64,000 bases of DNA from assembly GCA_050872265.1 (NCBI GenBank), contig JBNMGN010000009.1, positions 26,603 to 90,602 of the forward strand, in the 5' to 3' direction. This DNA comes from Coprococcus sp. Lineage in GTDB: Bacteria > Bacillota > Clostridia > Lachnospirales > Lachnospiraceae. The notes beneath the pieces were generated by a model. The model searched no databases and had not been told where the DNA came from. It worked only from the letters and a program-made list of their open reading frames with translations. Made by a program: the position numbers and the translations under genes. Positions 43,427-52,201 of the stretch are shown piece after piece. Positions within the stretch are counted from its first letter, which is position 1. The number at the start of each line of letters is the position of its first letter.

Positions 43427-44477
43427 GGATAAGGAAGAAAAGAAGCACAAAAGGATAAACAGTGCCACCATATTCTTTACATGTCTCATGGTGCTCTATA
43501 TTGCGGTAGAGCTGACAGCGGTGTATACAGGATGGCTGGAGCATATAACCATGCTTCAGAACATCCTTATAAGCCAGGGCATAATATTCATACCTACGAT
43601 TCTGTTCTTTGTCATAACAAAGCAGAATTTCAGGGAGACCGTAAGGCTTAATAAAATGCATGTGGGAACTTATTTTATCATCCCGCTTCTTGTGCTGTGC
43701 ATAGAGCCTGTAATGACAGTGGTAAATGCCATCTCAATGCTGTTCGTTAAGAATTATATATCCGCCGCAGCCACCCAGGTTGTGACAGGATACAGCTATC
43801 TTACGGCAATGGGGCTTATGGCACTCACTCCGGCTATAGTGGAGGAGCTGGCATACAGAGGTGTGATCCTTGGTAATTACAGAAAATCAGATACTCTTGG
43901 CGGCATATTAATGTCGGGATTCCTGTTTGGACTTATGCATATGAACTTCAATCAGATGGCATATGCAGTGATCCTTGGCATAATCTTTGGAATAGTTGTA
44001 GAGGCGTCAGGCAGTATAATCGCCACAATGGAAATGCATTTTCTCATAAACGGTTTATCCGTAAGCCTCTCATACCTGCTCCAGCTATTTTACAATCTGC
44101 CGGGAAGTCAGGGCTATCTTCAGGAAAGTGAAAATGCCATAACAGATGAATACCTGTGGCAGGTTATAAGAGTGTACGGCAAGGTGGCAGTGGTGGCCCT
44201 GGTATTCGCAGGGCTGTTGATATATGCCATTGCAGCCATAAATAACCGCAAGGATAACCTTAAGAATATATTCAGAGGAAGATCCCACAGAGCAGAAAAA
44301 GATACAGTATATAACAACGTGGCAACAGATGTATTTTCAGGTAGTACAGTTGATAGCGATACATTTGGCAGCACTACAGATAATGCCGAAGCTTCGCCCC
44401 GTATAATAAGCCCAATGCTTATCCTTGTTATAGTACTGTGCATAGCAAAATGTATTTTCGACGAATTTATCATGTGA
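43419..44477 (+). CDS. CPBP-family intramembrane glutamic endopeptidase (CAAX protease-like)
   Basis: Motif 1 EELAYRG, motif 2 FGLMH, multiple TM helices. The TTG start overlaps the ridA stop; ATG 43488 is an alternative. Confidence 0.8.
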   Translation: MSKDKEEKKHKRINSATIFFTCLMVLYIAVELTAVYTGWLEHITMLQNILISQGIIFIPTILFFVITKQNFRETVRLNKMHVGTYFIIPLLVLCIEPVMTVVNAISMLFVKNYISAAATQVVTGYSYLTAMGLMALTPAIVEELAYRGVILGNYRKSDTLGGILMSGFLFGLMHMNFNQMAYAVILGIIFGIVVEASGSIIATMEMHFLINGLSVSLSYLLQLFYNLPGSQGYLQESENAITDEYLWQVIRVYGKVAVVALVFAGLLIYAIAAINNRKDNLKNIFRGRSHRAEKDTVYNNVATDVFSGSTVDSDTFGSTTDNAEASPRIISPMLILVIVLCIAKCIFDEFIM

Positions 44478-44530
44478 CGAATTTATCATGTAATGAAATT
44501 ACCATGTGATGAAATTATCATGTGGCGAAA
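44460..44530. repeat. 16-bp tandem direct repeats, 4 copies plus a degenerate fifth
   Basis: gacgaatttatcatgt (44460), gacgaatttatcatgt (44476), aatgaaattaccatgt (44492), gatgaaattatcatgt (44508), ggcgaaatgtgatacc (44524). The first unit contains the CPBP stop codon. Confidence 0.9.
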
Positions 44531-44535
44531 TGTGA

Positions 44536-44550
44536 TACCTGTAACAGGTA
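44536..44550. promoter_or_regulatory. Perfect 7-1-7 palindrome, candidate ArsR-family operator
   Basis: TACCTGT-A-ACAGGTA, 6 nt upstream of the AAAGGAGGA RBS of the ArsR-family gene. Confidence 0.45.
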
Positions 44551-44570
44551 CCTTATAAAGGAGGATAGAG

Positions 44571-44909
44571 ATGGCAGAACATTGTAATTGTGCCCACGAA
44601 CATATAAACAGTGAGCAGATGGAAAATGCAAATGTAGACGACCTTATAGAACTGGCAGAATTGTTTAAGGTATTTGCCGATTCCACAAGGATACAGATAA
44701 TGCATGTTCTCATGAAAGACGAGCTAAGCGTAAGCGATATAGCAGAGAAGCTTAACATGAATGGATCTGCCATATCCCACCAGCTCAGGATATTAAAACA
44801 GGCAAAGCTGATAAAAAACAGAAGAGCGGGGAAGAATATATTTTATTCCCTTTCAGATGCCCATGTGCTGACCATCATGCACCAGGGTCTGGAACATATT
44901 TTGGAGTGA
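44571..44909 (+). CDS. ArsR/SmtB-family metalloregulator
   Basis: HTH region FKVFADSTRIQIMHVLMKDELSVSDIAEKLNMNGSAISHQLRILK; Cys/His-rich N-terminus AEHCNCAHEH. Confidence 0.85.
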   Translation: MAEHCNCAHEHINSEQMENANVDDLIELAELFKVFADSTRIQIMHVLMKDELSVSDIAEKLNMNGSAISHQLRILKQAKLIKNRRAGKNIFYSLSDAHVLTIMHQGLEHILE

Positions 44910-44978
44910 GTCAGCACCCATAAACCTGCACCCATGCATCGCAGATGCATATTAATACAATAATTTTAGGAGACTTAT

Positions 44979-45611
44979 ATGCAGATAGAATCTTTAATAT
45001 TTGATATGGATGGAACTCTCTGGGACAGTGCGAAGAATGTTGCTGATTCCTGGAATGTCATCCTGGATAAATATGATGATGTGAAGTTCAGAGTAAGCGA
45101 GGCGGACATATACGGCGTTATGGGTATGCCTATGGACGCCATAGCAGACAAGTTCTTCGGAGATTTTCCGAAGGAACGTAGAATGGCACTTCTTGACGAG
45201 TGCGGCAATTATGAAAATGAATATCTGGAGCTTCACGGCGGAAAGCTTTATGACGGGCTTGAGGACACTCTTAAGAAGCTGTCAGAGGATCACAGGCTGT
45301 TTATCGTAAGTAACTGTCAGAGCGGTTATATAGAGGCTTTCCTTAAGTATTACGGCTTTGGAAAATATTTCACCGATATACTTTGCTGGGGTGATACCAA
45401 GAAGCCGAAGGGTGACACCATAAGGATACTCATGCATAAGAATGATATAGACGCCGCAAGGGCTGCTTATGTGGGAGACACCCAGGGTGATTGTGACAGC
45501 ACATATTATGCAGGTATAAGATTTATCCATGCTGCATACGGCTTTGGTACAGCAGACAGGATGGATGCCAGCATTAATTCCATAACAGAGCTTCCGGACA
45601 TAGTTAAATAA
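44979..45611 (+). CDS. HAD-superfamily hydrolase (phosphoglycolate phosphatase-like)
   Basis: Motif I LIFDMDGTLWDS, motif II VSNC, motif IV YVGDTQGD. Confidence 0.8.
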   Translation: MQIESLIFDMDGTLWDSAKNVADSWNVILDKYDDVKFRVSEADIYGVMGMPMDAIADKFFGDFPKERRMALLDECGNYENEYLELHGGKLYDGLEDTLKKLSEDHRLFIVSNCQSGYIEAFLKYYGFGKYFTDILCWGDTKKPKGDTIRILMHKNDIDAARAAYVGDTQGDCDSTYYAGIRFIHAAYGFGTADRMDASINSITELPDIVK

Positions 45612-45613
45612 AA

Positions 45614-45662
45614 ATAAGAGCAGGTGGTGATACAAAATGTATCGCAGCCTGCTCTTATTTTA
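45614..45662. terminator. Bidirectional terminator between the convergent HAD and pyrG genes
   Basis: Stem ataagagcagg / cctgctcttat, loop of about 23 nt, T-rich on both sides. Confidence 0.65.
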
Positions 45663-45742
45663 AGCATTTTGATTAATCCCAGATCATTTTAAAATCTTTT
45701 GGATTATTTTAATTCCATGTCATTACCACATCTGAATTTACG

Positions 45743-47362
45743 TTATCTATCTTCCTCATGCTTTAATGAAGCAGCGATAAATCCCTTAAACAGTGGATGT
45801 GGCTTGTTTGGTCTTGACTTGAACTCAGGATGTGCCTGGGTTCCGATGAACCAAGGATGATCAGGTATCTCGATCATCTCAACGATATGTCCGTCAGGAG
45901 ATAAACCTGCAAGCTTCATTCCGTTTGAAGTGAGAGCTGATCTGTAATCATTATTTACCTCATATCTGTGTCTGTGACGCTCATGGATAAGCTCCTTGCC
46001 GTATAACTCATATGACTTGGATTCGGGATCAAGCTTACATGGATATGAGCCCAGTCTTAAGGTTCCGCCAAGATCGGTAACTGCGTGCTGGTCAGGCATG
46101 ATATGGATCACCTGATGGAATGAATCAGGATTGAACTCTGAGCTGTGGGCGTCATTGTAACCAAGTACATTTCTTGCAAATTCCACAATAGTAAGCTGCA
46201 TACCGAGACAGAGACCAAGGTATGGAACCTTGTTTGTTCTTGCATAGTGTATTGCGGAGATCATACCCTCAATACCTCTGTCACCGAAGCCGCCCGGAAC
46301 GATGATACCGTCAACGTCAGCCAGCTCGTCCTTTACATTTTCATCATTTATGGTTTCGGAATCTACCCATTTAATATCCACAACGGCGTCATTTGCAGCA
46401 CTGGCATGCTTTAATGCCTCAACTACTGAGATATATGCGTCGTGAAGAGATACATACTTGCCGACTAAGGCAACACGTACCTTCTTGTGGGCGTTCTTCC
46501 ACTTATTTATCATATTTGTCCATTCAAGCCAAGCTGACTCCTCAGGTGGAACACATGGAAGGTTCATGCACTTGCATACCACATCAGCCAGCTTCTCCTT
46601 CTCCATGGCAAGAGGTACTTCGTAGAGGACCTCAACGTCAAGGTTCTGGATTACATTCTCACTTGGCACGTTACAGAAGAGAGCGATCTTGTCCTTGATA
46701 TCCTGATCAAGAGGAAGGTCTGAACGGCATACCAGTATATCAGGCTGGATACCCATTCCCTGGAGACTCTTGACACTGGCCTGGGTAGGCTTTGTCTTAA
46801 GCTCACCTGACGCCTTAAGGTAAGGGATCAGAGTGACGTGGATCATAATGCAGTTCTCAGATCCCACCTCGTGCTGGAACTGTCTTATAGCCTCAAGGAA
46901 CGGCTGGCTCTCGATATCACCTACGGTACCACCGATCTCGATTATTGCAATTTCGGTTTCTGTGGCATTTGGATTTCTGTAAAATCTTGACTTTATTTCG
47001 TTAGTTATATGAGGAACAACCTGAACGGTGTGTCCGCCGAAGTCACCATGTCTTTCCTTCTGGAGGATACTCCAGTAAACCTTACCGGTGGTGACATTAG
47101 AATTTTTATTAAGACTTTCATCTATGAAACGCTCGTAGTGGCCCAGATCAAGGTCGGTTTCAGCTCCGTCATCGGTGACGAATACCTCACCATGCTGTAT
47201 CGGATTCATGGTTCCCGGATCGATATTTATATAAGGATCAAACTTCTGGCTTGTGACCTTGTAGCCTCTCATCTTTAAAAGACGTCCCAATGAAGCTGCT
47301 GTTATGCCTTTTCCCAAGCCTGACACAACTCCACCAGTAACAAATACATACTTAACTGGCAT
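45743..47362 (-). CDS. pyrG: CTP synthase
   Basis: [20 protein letters not shown]-terminus; glutamine amidotransferase GLCLGMQ and HRHRYEVN motifs. Start is ATG at 47362 with a GGAGGA RBS; the track start 47398 is upstream of the RBS. Confidence 0.95.
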   Translation of the reverse strand: MPVKYVFVTGGVVSGLGKGITAASLGRLLKMRGYKVTSQKFDPYINIDPGTMNPIQHGEVFVTDDGAETDLDLGHYERFIDESLNKNSNVTTGKVYWSILQKERHGDFGGHTVQVVPHITNEIKSRFYRNPNATETEIAIIEIGGTVGDIESQPFLEAIRQFQHEVGSENCIMIHVTLIPYLKASGELKTKPTQASVKSLQGMGIQPDILVCRSDLPLDQDIKDKIALFCNVPSENVIQNLDVEVLYEVPLAMEKEKLADVVCKCMNLPCVPPEESAWLEWTNMINKWKNAHKKVRVALVGKYVSLHDAYISVVEALKHASAANDAVVDIKWVDSETINDENVKDELADVDGIIVPGGFGDRGIEGMISAIHYARTNKVPYLGLCLGMQLTIVEFARNVLGYNDAHSSEFNPDSFHQVIHIMPDQHAVTDLGGTLRLGSYPCKLDPESKSYELYGKELIHERHRHRYEVNNDYRSALTSNGMKLAGLSPDGHIVEMIEIPDHPWFIGTQAHPEFKSRPNKPHPLFKGFIAASLKHEEDR

Positions 47363-47413
47363 GACTAATTCCTCCTGTATTACTATATATTTACCCATTA
47401 AAAAACATTGTCC

Positions 47414-47442
47414 ATTATAGAATAGTGATTTTTAAAAGTCAA
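47414..47442 (-). promoter_or_regulatory. Near-consensus sigma-A promoter for pyrG
   Basis: On the minus strand: TTGACT (47442-47437), 17-nt spacer, TATAAT (47419-47414). Confidence 0.7.
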
Positions 47443-47533
47443 TGAATTGCAGAGGACAATAATTAAAGGATGATTATGAAAGAAAAATGTGGTAAAATGT
47501 TAAAAAAATTAAGCTGATACATGAGGATAAGAC

Positions 47534-49351
47534 GTGAGATTTATACACATTTCGGATGTTCATCTGGGCATGGAGCCGGACTATGGCATGTCCTGGAGCG
47601 GTGCCAGAAAAGAAGAGATAGAACATTGTCTGTTAAGAATAATCGAATATGCGAATACCCATAAGATAGATTTTATATTCATTTCAGGGGACCTCTTTGA
47701 GGGCCGGCCGGGCAGGGACAGGCTTGAATCTGTGGATGAGCTGTTTATGAAGCTTCACCACACCTGTGTTCTCTATATAGCAGGAAGCTCTGACTACATG
47801 GATCAGTCCTCGGCGTTAAACAGCTATGAGTTTAAGTCTGAGGTCCATGTGCTTGGAAGTCCTGTTGATAAGAAGGGGGCTTTTTCCTGTGAAAGACAGG
47901 ACTATGCAGATCTCAACACAGACTGTCTTTATTTTCCCGAATACGATCTTGATGTGTACGGCGTAAGCTGTTTTAAGAAAACTGCAAATGTTGATCCTCT
48001 TGAAGACATAAAGGTCTGGAACAGGAACAGGGCAAATGTGTTATTGGCATACGGAGGCTCCGGCAAAAACCGGCCTTTGGATTTTGCTGCCCTTAAAAGG
48101 TCGGATTTTGATTATATCGCCCTTGGCATGCGGCACAGATATGACGTTATATGCCGTGACAAGATCATTTACCCCGGATCTCCGGAGCCCCTTGACGAGT
48201 CCACTGCCGGAAGACATGGCTTTGTCCTTGGACGAATTGAGAATGGCAGGACAGAGACGGAATTTGTGCCATTTTCACACAGGGAGTATAAGACCATAGA
48301 ATACCCTGTCCATCGTTTCAGTACAAATGACGAGGTAAAGGATGACCTGAAACGTATGCTTTCAAAGGAAGGCAGCAACAATATATACACCATAAGGATC
48401 GTGCGTCTTGACGGCTGTGAGGAGAATTATGAGCTTTCAGAGGCACTTAAGGATTTCAACATACTTCGCATTGAGGGAGAGGCATTTGTAAGAACCGATT
48501 ACGACCGGTATATGAAGGCCAACACATATAATGGCTTCGGCAGGCTGATTGAGGCTATGAACTCTGCAAATCCCCTTGAGAGCGACGGGGTGAAGCTGGC
48601 TGTTGACATGGTGATAGAGGAAAGCGGTATCAATTACAGCCACAATGCCAGGATGCCGGATCGTCAGTTTGATGACGCAAATAATATGGTGAGAGCCAGA
48701 CTTATGGCAAGGAAGGATAACCTTGAAAACAGCCATGTAATGAAAGATTACAAGGCCGCCGAGGAGGATTACAGGGTAAATCCCGATGTGCTTGATAAGC
48801 TTAACAACGCCTGGACCGAGGAACGTAAGGCGGTGCTGGCATATAAAACTGCGGCACATGCCGTGGAACAGATAGAGAAGGATCACAGAAGAAAGTGGGT
48901 GAGAGTTGGTGTTAGAACGGCACTTATCCCACTTATAATAGTGTGTGTTGTCTGCATTATCTACATGCCGGTCGCCTATATGAGGATGACAAAGGGAGCC
49001 GGGGCCGGTGCCGCCGGTGTGATTCCTTTTATGGGCTTTATGATATCGGCACTTTGCTTTGTCATAGGCTATGGAATATCAAGATACCGGGATGTGAGAC
49101 GGAAGAAGCAGACGGGAAAGTCTCCCCTTAATCAGGAGATAGAGAATGCCAGAGTGCTTCTTGACATGTGGAACAACAAGGTGGATGAGCTTAGAAAGCT
49201 GAGAAATGAATATCAGGAAATGGACAGAAAACGCCGCAATGCTTCTGATGTTTATTCTGAGAGCAGACAGAGGGCGGAGGTCTGTGCCGGAGAGATCAAA
49301 AGGATCGATATTGCCATAAAGACCCTGAACGAATACAAACAGATACAATAA
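47534..49351 (+). CDS. SbcD/Mre11/YhaO-like calcineurin-fold protein with degenerate catalytic motifs, fused to a coiled-coil/2-TM/coiled-coil C-terminal region
   Basis: GTG start. Motif I FIHISDVHLG and motif II FISGDLFEG are intact. Motif III reads GSSD (expected GNHD), motif IV reads LLAYG (expected H) and motif V reads GMRH (expected GHxH). Hydrophobic helices ALIPLIIVCVVCIIYMPVAY and VIPFMGFMISALCFVIGYGI. Confidence 0.65.
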   Translation: MRFIHISDVHLGMEPDYGMSWSGARKEEIEHCLLRIIEYANTHKIDFIFISGDLFEGRPGRDRLESVDELFMKLHHTCVLYIAGSSDYMDQSSALNSYEFKSEVHVLGSPVDKKGAFSCERQDYADLNTDCLYFPEYDLDVYGVSCFKKTANVDPLEDIKVWNRNRANVLLAYGGSGKNRPLDFAALKRSDFDYIALGMRHRYDVICRDKIIYPGSPEPLDESTAGRHGFVLGRIENGRTETEFVPFSHREYKTIEYPVHRFSTNDEVKDDLKRMLSKEGSNNIYTIRIVRLDGCEENYELSEALKDFNILRIEGEAFVRTDYDRYMKANTYNGFGRLIEAMNSANPLESDGVKLAVDMVIEESGINYSHNARMPDRQFDDANNMVRARLMARKDNLENSHVMKDYKAAEEDYRVNPDVLDKLNNAWTEERKAVLAYKTAAHAVEQIEKDHRRKWVRVGVRTALIPLIIVCVVCIIYMPVAYMRMTKGAGAGAAGVIPFMGFMISALCFVIGYGISRYRDVRRKKQTGKSPLNQEIENARVLLDMWNNKVDELRKLRNEYQEMDRKRRNASDVYSESRQRAEVCAGEIKRIDIAIKTLNEYKQIQ

Positions 49352-49436
49352 GAACATAAATAAAATCGTAAGATAAGTAAATATGCCTATAATGGATATA
49401 CTAATGAACAGACAGACTAAGAGGTGACAGATAAAA

Positions 49437-50825
49437 ATGAAAAAGACATCAAAGGGAAAGGTGAACCCTGAGGACAAAGTTAATTATCTTACCACAGCAG
49501 CTATACCGGGACTTGTAACGAGGATGGCAGTGCCTACCATGATAAGTATGCTGGTAACTACTTTTTATAATCTGATCGATACGCTTTTTGTGGGAAAGCT
49601 TGACAACCAGTCCACAGGAGCAGTAGGAATAACCTTTTCCGTAATGGCGATAATGCAGGCTTTTGGATTTCTCTTCGGACATGGCTCCGGAAACTATATT
49701 TCAAGGAAATTAGGGGCAGGAGAGACGGAAAATGCCAGGAAGATGGCAGCCACAGGTTTCTTCTCGTCCCTGGCGGTGGGAATACTTATTGCGGTGGCTG
49801 GTTTCGTTTTTGTGGAACCTCTGGCGAAGCTCCTTGGATCAACGAATACAATGCTTCCCTTTACCAAGAGCTACATGAGCATAATATTTCTTGGAGCACC
49901 CTTCATCATGGGCTCCTTTGTACTCAATAACCAGATGAGGTTTCAGGGTTGCGCCAGCTCTTCAATGATAGGAATAGTTATCGGAGCGGTGTTAAATACC
50001 ATCCTGGATCCGGTGCTTATATTCGTATTTGACCTTAAGGTTGCGGGAGCAGCCTATGCCACGGTTATCAGCCAGATGGTGAGCTTTATCGTGCTGCTGA
50101 TAATGAATAAGAAAATGTGTGGGATAAATGTAAGGCTTAAGGATTTCTCCTTTGAGTTCTCATATTACAAGGATATGTTCAAGGGTGGTGTGCCGTCCCT
50201 GTGCAGACAGAGCATAGCCTCCCTTGCCACAATATGTCTTAACATTGCTGCCGGAAGATATGCCGGTGACATGGCGGACGCAGCCATTGCAGCCATGAGC
50301 GTTGTGGGGCGTGTGGCTATGTTTGCCAATTCTGCCCTTATAGGCTTCGGTCAGGGCTTCCAGCCTGTGTGCGGAACCAATTACGGAGCGGGAAAATATG
50401 ACAGAGTGAGAGATGCCTACAGATTTTGCGTGAAGACCGCCACAGCTGCGTTAGTTATCATGTCAGTGGCAGGAATAATATTTGCCGAGCCTCTTGTAAG
50501 ATTGTTCAGAAATGATCCTGATGTAATAAAGATAGGAACAGTAACCCTCATTGCCCAGTTCGCAGCATTTGTCTTAAATGCAAATACTGTTTTGTGTAAC
50601 ATGCTCATGCAGACCATAGGCATGGCGTTTAAGGCGTCGGTCATAGCCATGGCAAGACAGGGATTGTTCTTTATACCACTTATATTTATACTGCCGAGGA
50701 TATTCGGACTGCCGGGAGTTGAGTACTGTCAGGCAGTGGCAGATGTATGTGCATTTATAGTTTCGGTGCCTTTCAGTATATCGGTGCTTAAAAATCTTGA
50801 AAAAAATAACGGGAATCCAAGCTAG
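49437..50825 (+). CDS. MATE-family efflux transporter
   Basis: 462 aa, about 12 TM helices. N-terminal LVTRMAVPTMISMLVTTFYNLIDTLFVGKL pattern typical of MATE/NorM proteins. Confidence 0.85.
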   Translation: MKKTSKGKVNPEDKVNYLTTAAIPGLVTRMAVPTMISMLVTTFYNLIDTLFVGKLDNQSTGAVGITFSVMAIMQAFGFLFGHGSGNYISRKLGAGETENARKMAATGFFSSLAVGILIAVAGFVFVEPLAKLLGSTNTMLPFTKSYMSIIFLGAPFIMGSFVLNNQMRFQGCASSSMIGIVIGAVLNTILDPVLIFVFDLKVAGAAYATVISQMVSFIVLLIMNKKMCGINVRLKDFSFEFSYYKDMFKGGVPSLCRQSIASLATICLNIAAGRYAGDMADAAIAAMSVVGRVAMFANSALIGFGQGFQPVCGTNYGAGKYDRVRDAYRFCVKTATAALVIMSVAGIIFAEPLVRLFRNDPDVIKIGTVTLIAQFAAFVLNANTVLCNMLMQTIGMAFKASVIAMARQGLFFIPLIFILPRIFGLPGVEYCQAVADVCAFIVSVPFSISVLKNLEKNNGNPS

Positions 50826-50833
50826 GATTCCCG
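50810..50833. terminator. Hairpin between the convergent MATE and cotJC genes
   Basis: cgggaatcc-aagcta-ggattcccg spans the MATE stop codon. Weak T-tracts. Confidence 0.4.
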
Positions 50834-50844
50834 CCTTCTTATAT

Positions 50845-51489
50845 CTATTTTTCATCAGCTTCCTTGCACACCGGCTTTACGCAGCTGGCACTGCAGTCAA
50901 AGTCAGGGTTCATGGCATAGAAATTCTTCTCGCTTAACTTATCGGTCACAAGTCTTAAGCACTCGCCAAATCTCTGGAAGTGAACAACCTCCCTTGCCCT
51001 TAAAAACTTAATAGGCTCATACACATCTGGATGATCCTTGCACAGACGAAGTATGTTGTCGTAGGTAGAACGTGCCTTCTGCTCAGCCGCCATATCCTCG
51101 TAGAGATCGGTTATAGGATCGCCCTTTGACTGGAACTCGCAGGCATTGAAAGGAACACCGCCGGCTGCCATAGGCCAGATACCCAGAGTGTGATCCACAT
51201 AATATTTGTCAAAGCCAGAAGCCTTGATCTCCTCTATGGACAGATCCCTTGTAAGCTGATGGATGATGGTTCCGATCATCTCCAGATGGCCTAACTCCTC
51301 AGTTGCGATATCCGTAAGGGCAGCCTTTACATTGTTGTCCTTCATGGCATAACGCTGGGACAGATATCTCATGGAGGCACCCATTTCTCCGTCAGGACCA
51401 CCGTACTGGCTTATGATGTCCTGTGCAAGCTTTGCGTTGGTTTCCTTTATATTTACAGGAAACTGAAGTCTCTTTTCATATATCCACAT
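50845..51489 (-). CDS. cotJC: Spore coat protein CotJC (manganese catalase-family ferritin-like protein)
   Basis: MWIYEKRLQFPV...YGGPDGEMGASMRYLSQRY and EELGHLEMIG motifs. Confidence 0.9.
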   Translation of the reverse strand: MWIYEKRLQFPVNIKETNAKLAQDIISQYGGPDGEMGASMRYLSQRYAMKDNNVKAALTDIATEELGHLEMIGTIIHQLTRDLSIEEIKASGFDKYYVDHTLGIWPMAAGGVPFNACEFQSKGDPITDLYEDMAAEQKARSTYDNILRLCKDHPDVYEPIKFLRAREVVHFQRFGECLRLVTDKLSEKNFYAMNPDFDCSASCVKPVCKEADEK

Positions 51490-51765
51490 TTAACAATCAC
51501 ACTTCCTTTCCCATGGCCATGGACCATCTACCCAGTCGAAATAGCTGCTGTCATTTACCTGATACCTGTTTAAAGGGCCGTACATGTTCACGTAGTCCTT
51601 CACAGCCTGATTTCTCATGGCTTTGTAGGTCTCGTATTTGCCCAGGGCCTTTTCGCAGTGAGGGTGGGTGTCAAGGTACAGTGTCAGGTCATCAAGGGCG
51701 AATGTAACCTCGTCGATGAAGGTAAGGAGCTCGCCCTTATTCATTCTGTTCATGCCGTTGCTCAT
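51490..51765 (-). CDS. cotJB: Spore coat protein CotJB
   Basis: 91 aa. FALDDLTLYLDTHP motif. The stop abuts the cotJC start. Confidence 0.85.
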   Translation of the reverse strand: MSNGMNRMNKGELLTFIDEVTFALDDLTLYLDTHPHCEKALGKYETYKAMRNQAVKDYVNMYGPLNRYQVNDSSYFDWVDGPWPWERKCDC

Positions 51766-52028
51766 TCGTTGCCCCTCCTTCCGCAGAATATGAGATTTAA
51801 TTCAGGAAACATGGTTCCCTCCTTAAGTCCCTTACACTGGTCATATAACTGATCAAATTCCTGCATTTTCACAAAAGCCATTGCAAGGGCTGTGTCACAG
51901 GAAGACTTCTTGCCGTTATCAGGAGAGTAAGGCTTAGGCATGGCCGGTTTAGGCTGCCTGCCGTACATAACATTTGCCTGCCGCTGATAGGTAGGACGGT
52001 TGCAATTACAAGGTTGATACTGATTCAA
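51762..52028 (-). CDS. cotJA: Spore coat-associated protein CotJA
   Basis: LAMAFVKMQEFDQLYD..GLKEGTMFPEL motif. TTG start 7 nt after GGAGG (an internal ATG is also possible). 4-nt overlap with cotJB. Confidence 0.75.
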   Translation of the reverse strand: MNQYQPCNCNRPTYQRQANVMYGRQPKPAMPKPYSPDNGKKSSCDTALAMAFVKMQEFDQLYDQCKGLKEGTMFPELNLIFCGRRGNE

Positions 52029-52201
52029 AAAAATACCTCCATATCATATACAGACTATATACAAATATCTGAAAATACCTGTATTTAGGCTTTTTTATAT
52101 AATATGGAGGTTATTATTTTATGTGCAGAAATTATATACTGCAAATTCTGTTGTGATTTATTGAATGTCTTTAAAGTGTTGTTTTCGCCGGAACACTTTC
52201 A

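Noticed and set aside
47363-47413. A B. subtilis-type pyrG attenuator (GGGC start with reiterative transcription plus a terminator hairpin).
   Set aside because: The leader after the TATAAT box is only about 45 nt and contains no terminator hairpin. The ggacaat/attgtcc inverted repeat flanks the promoter itself, so it would not be fully transcribed.
52081-52140. An 11-codon + strand mini-ORF (MCRNYILQILL*) after a GGAGG in the cotJ/tex spacer.
   Set aside because: The GGAGG is the reverse-strand context of the cotJA RBS region. The ORF is very short and has nothing else to support it.
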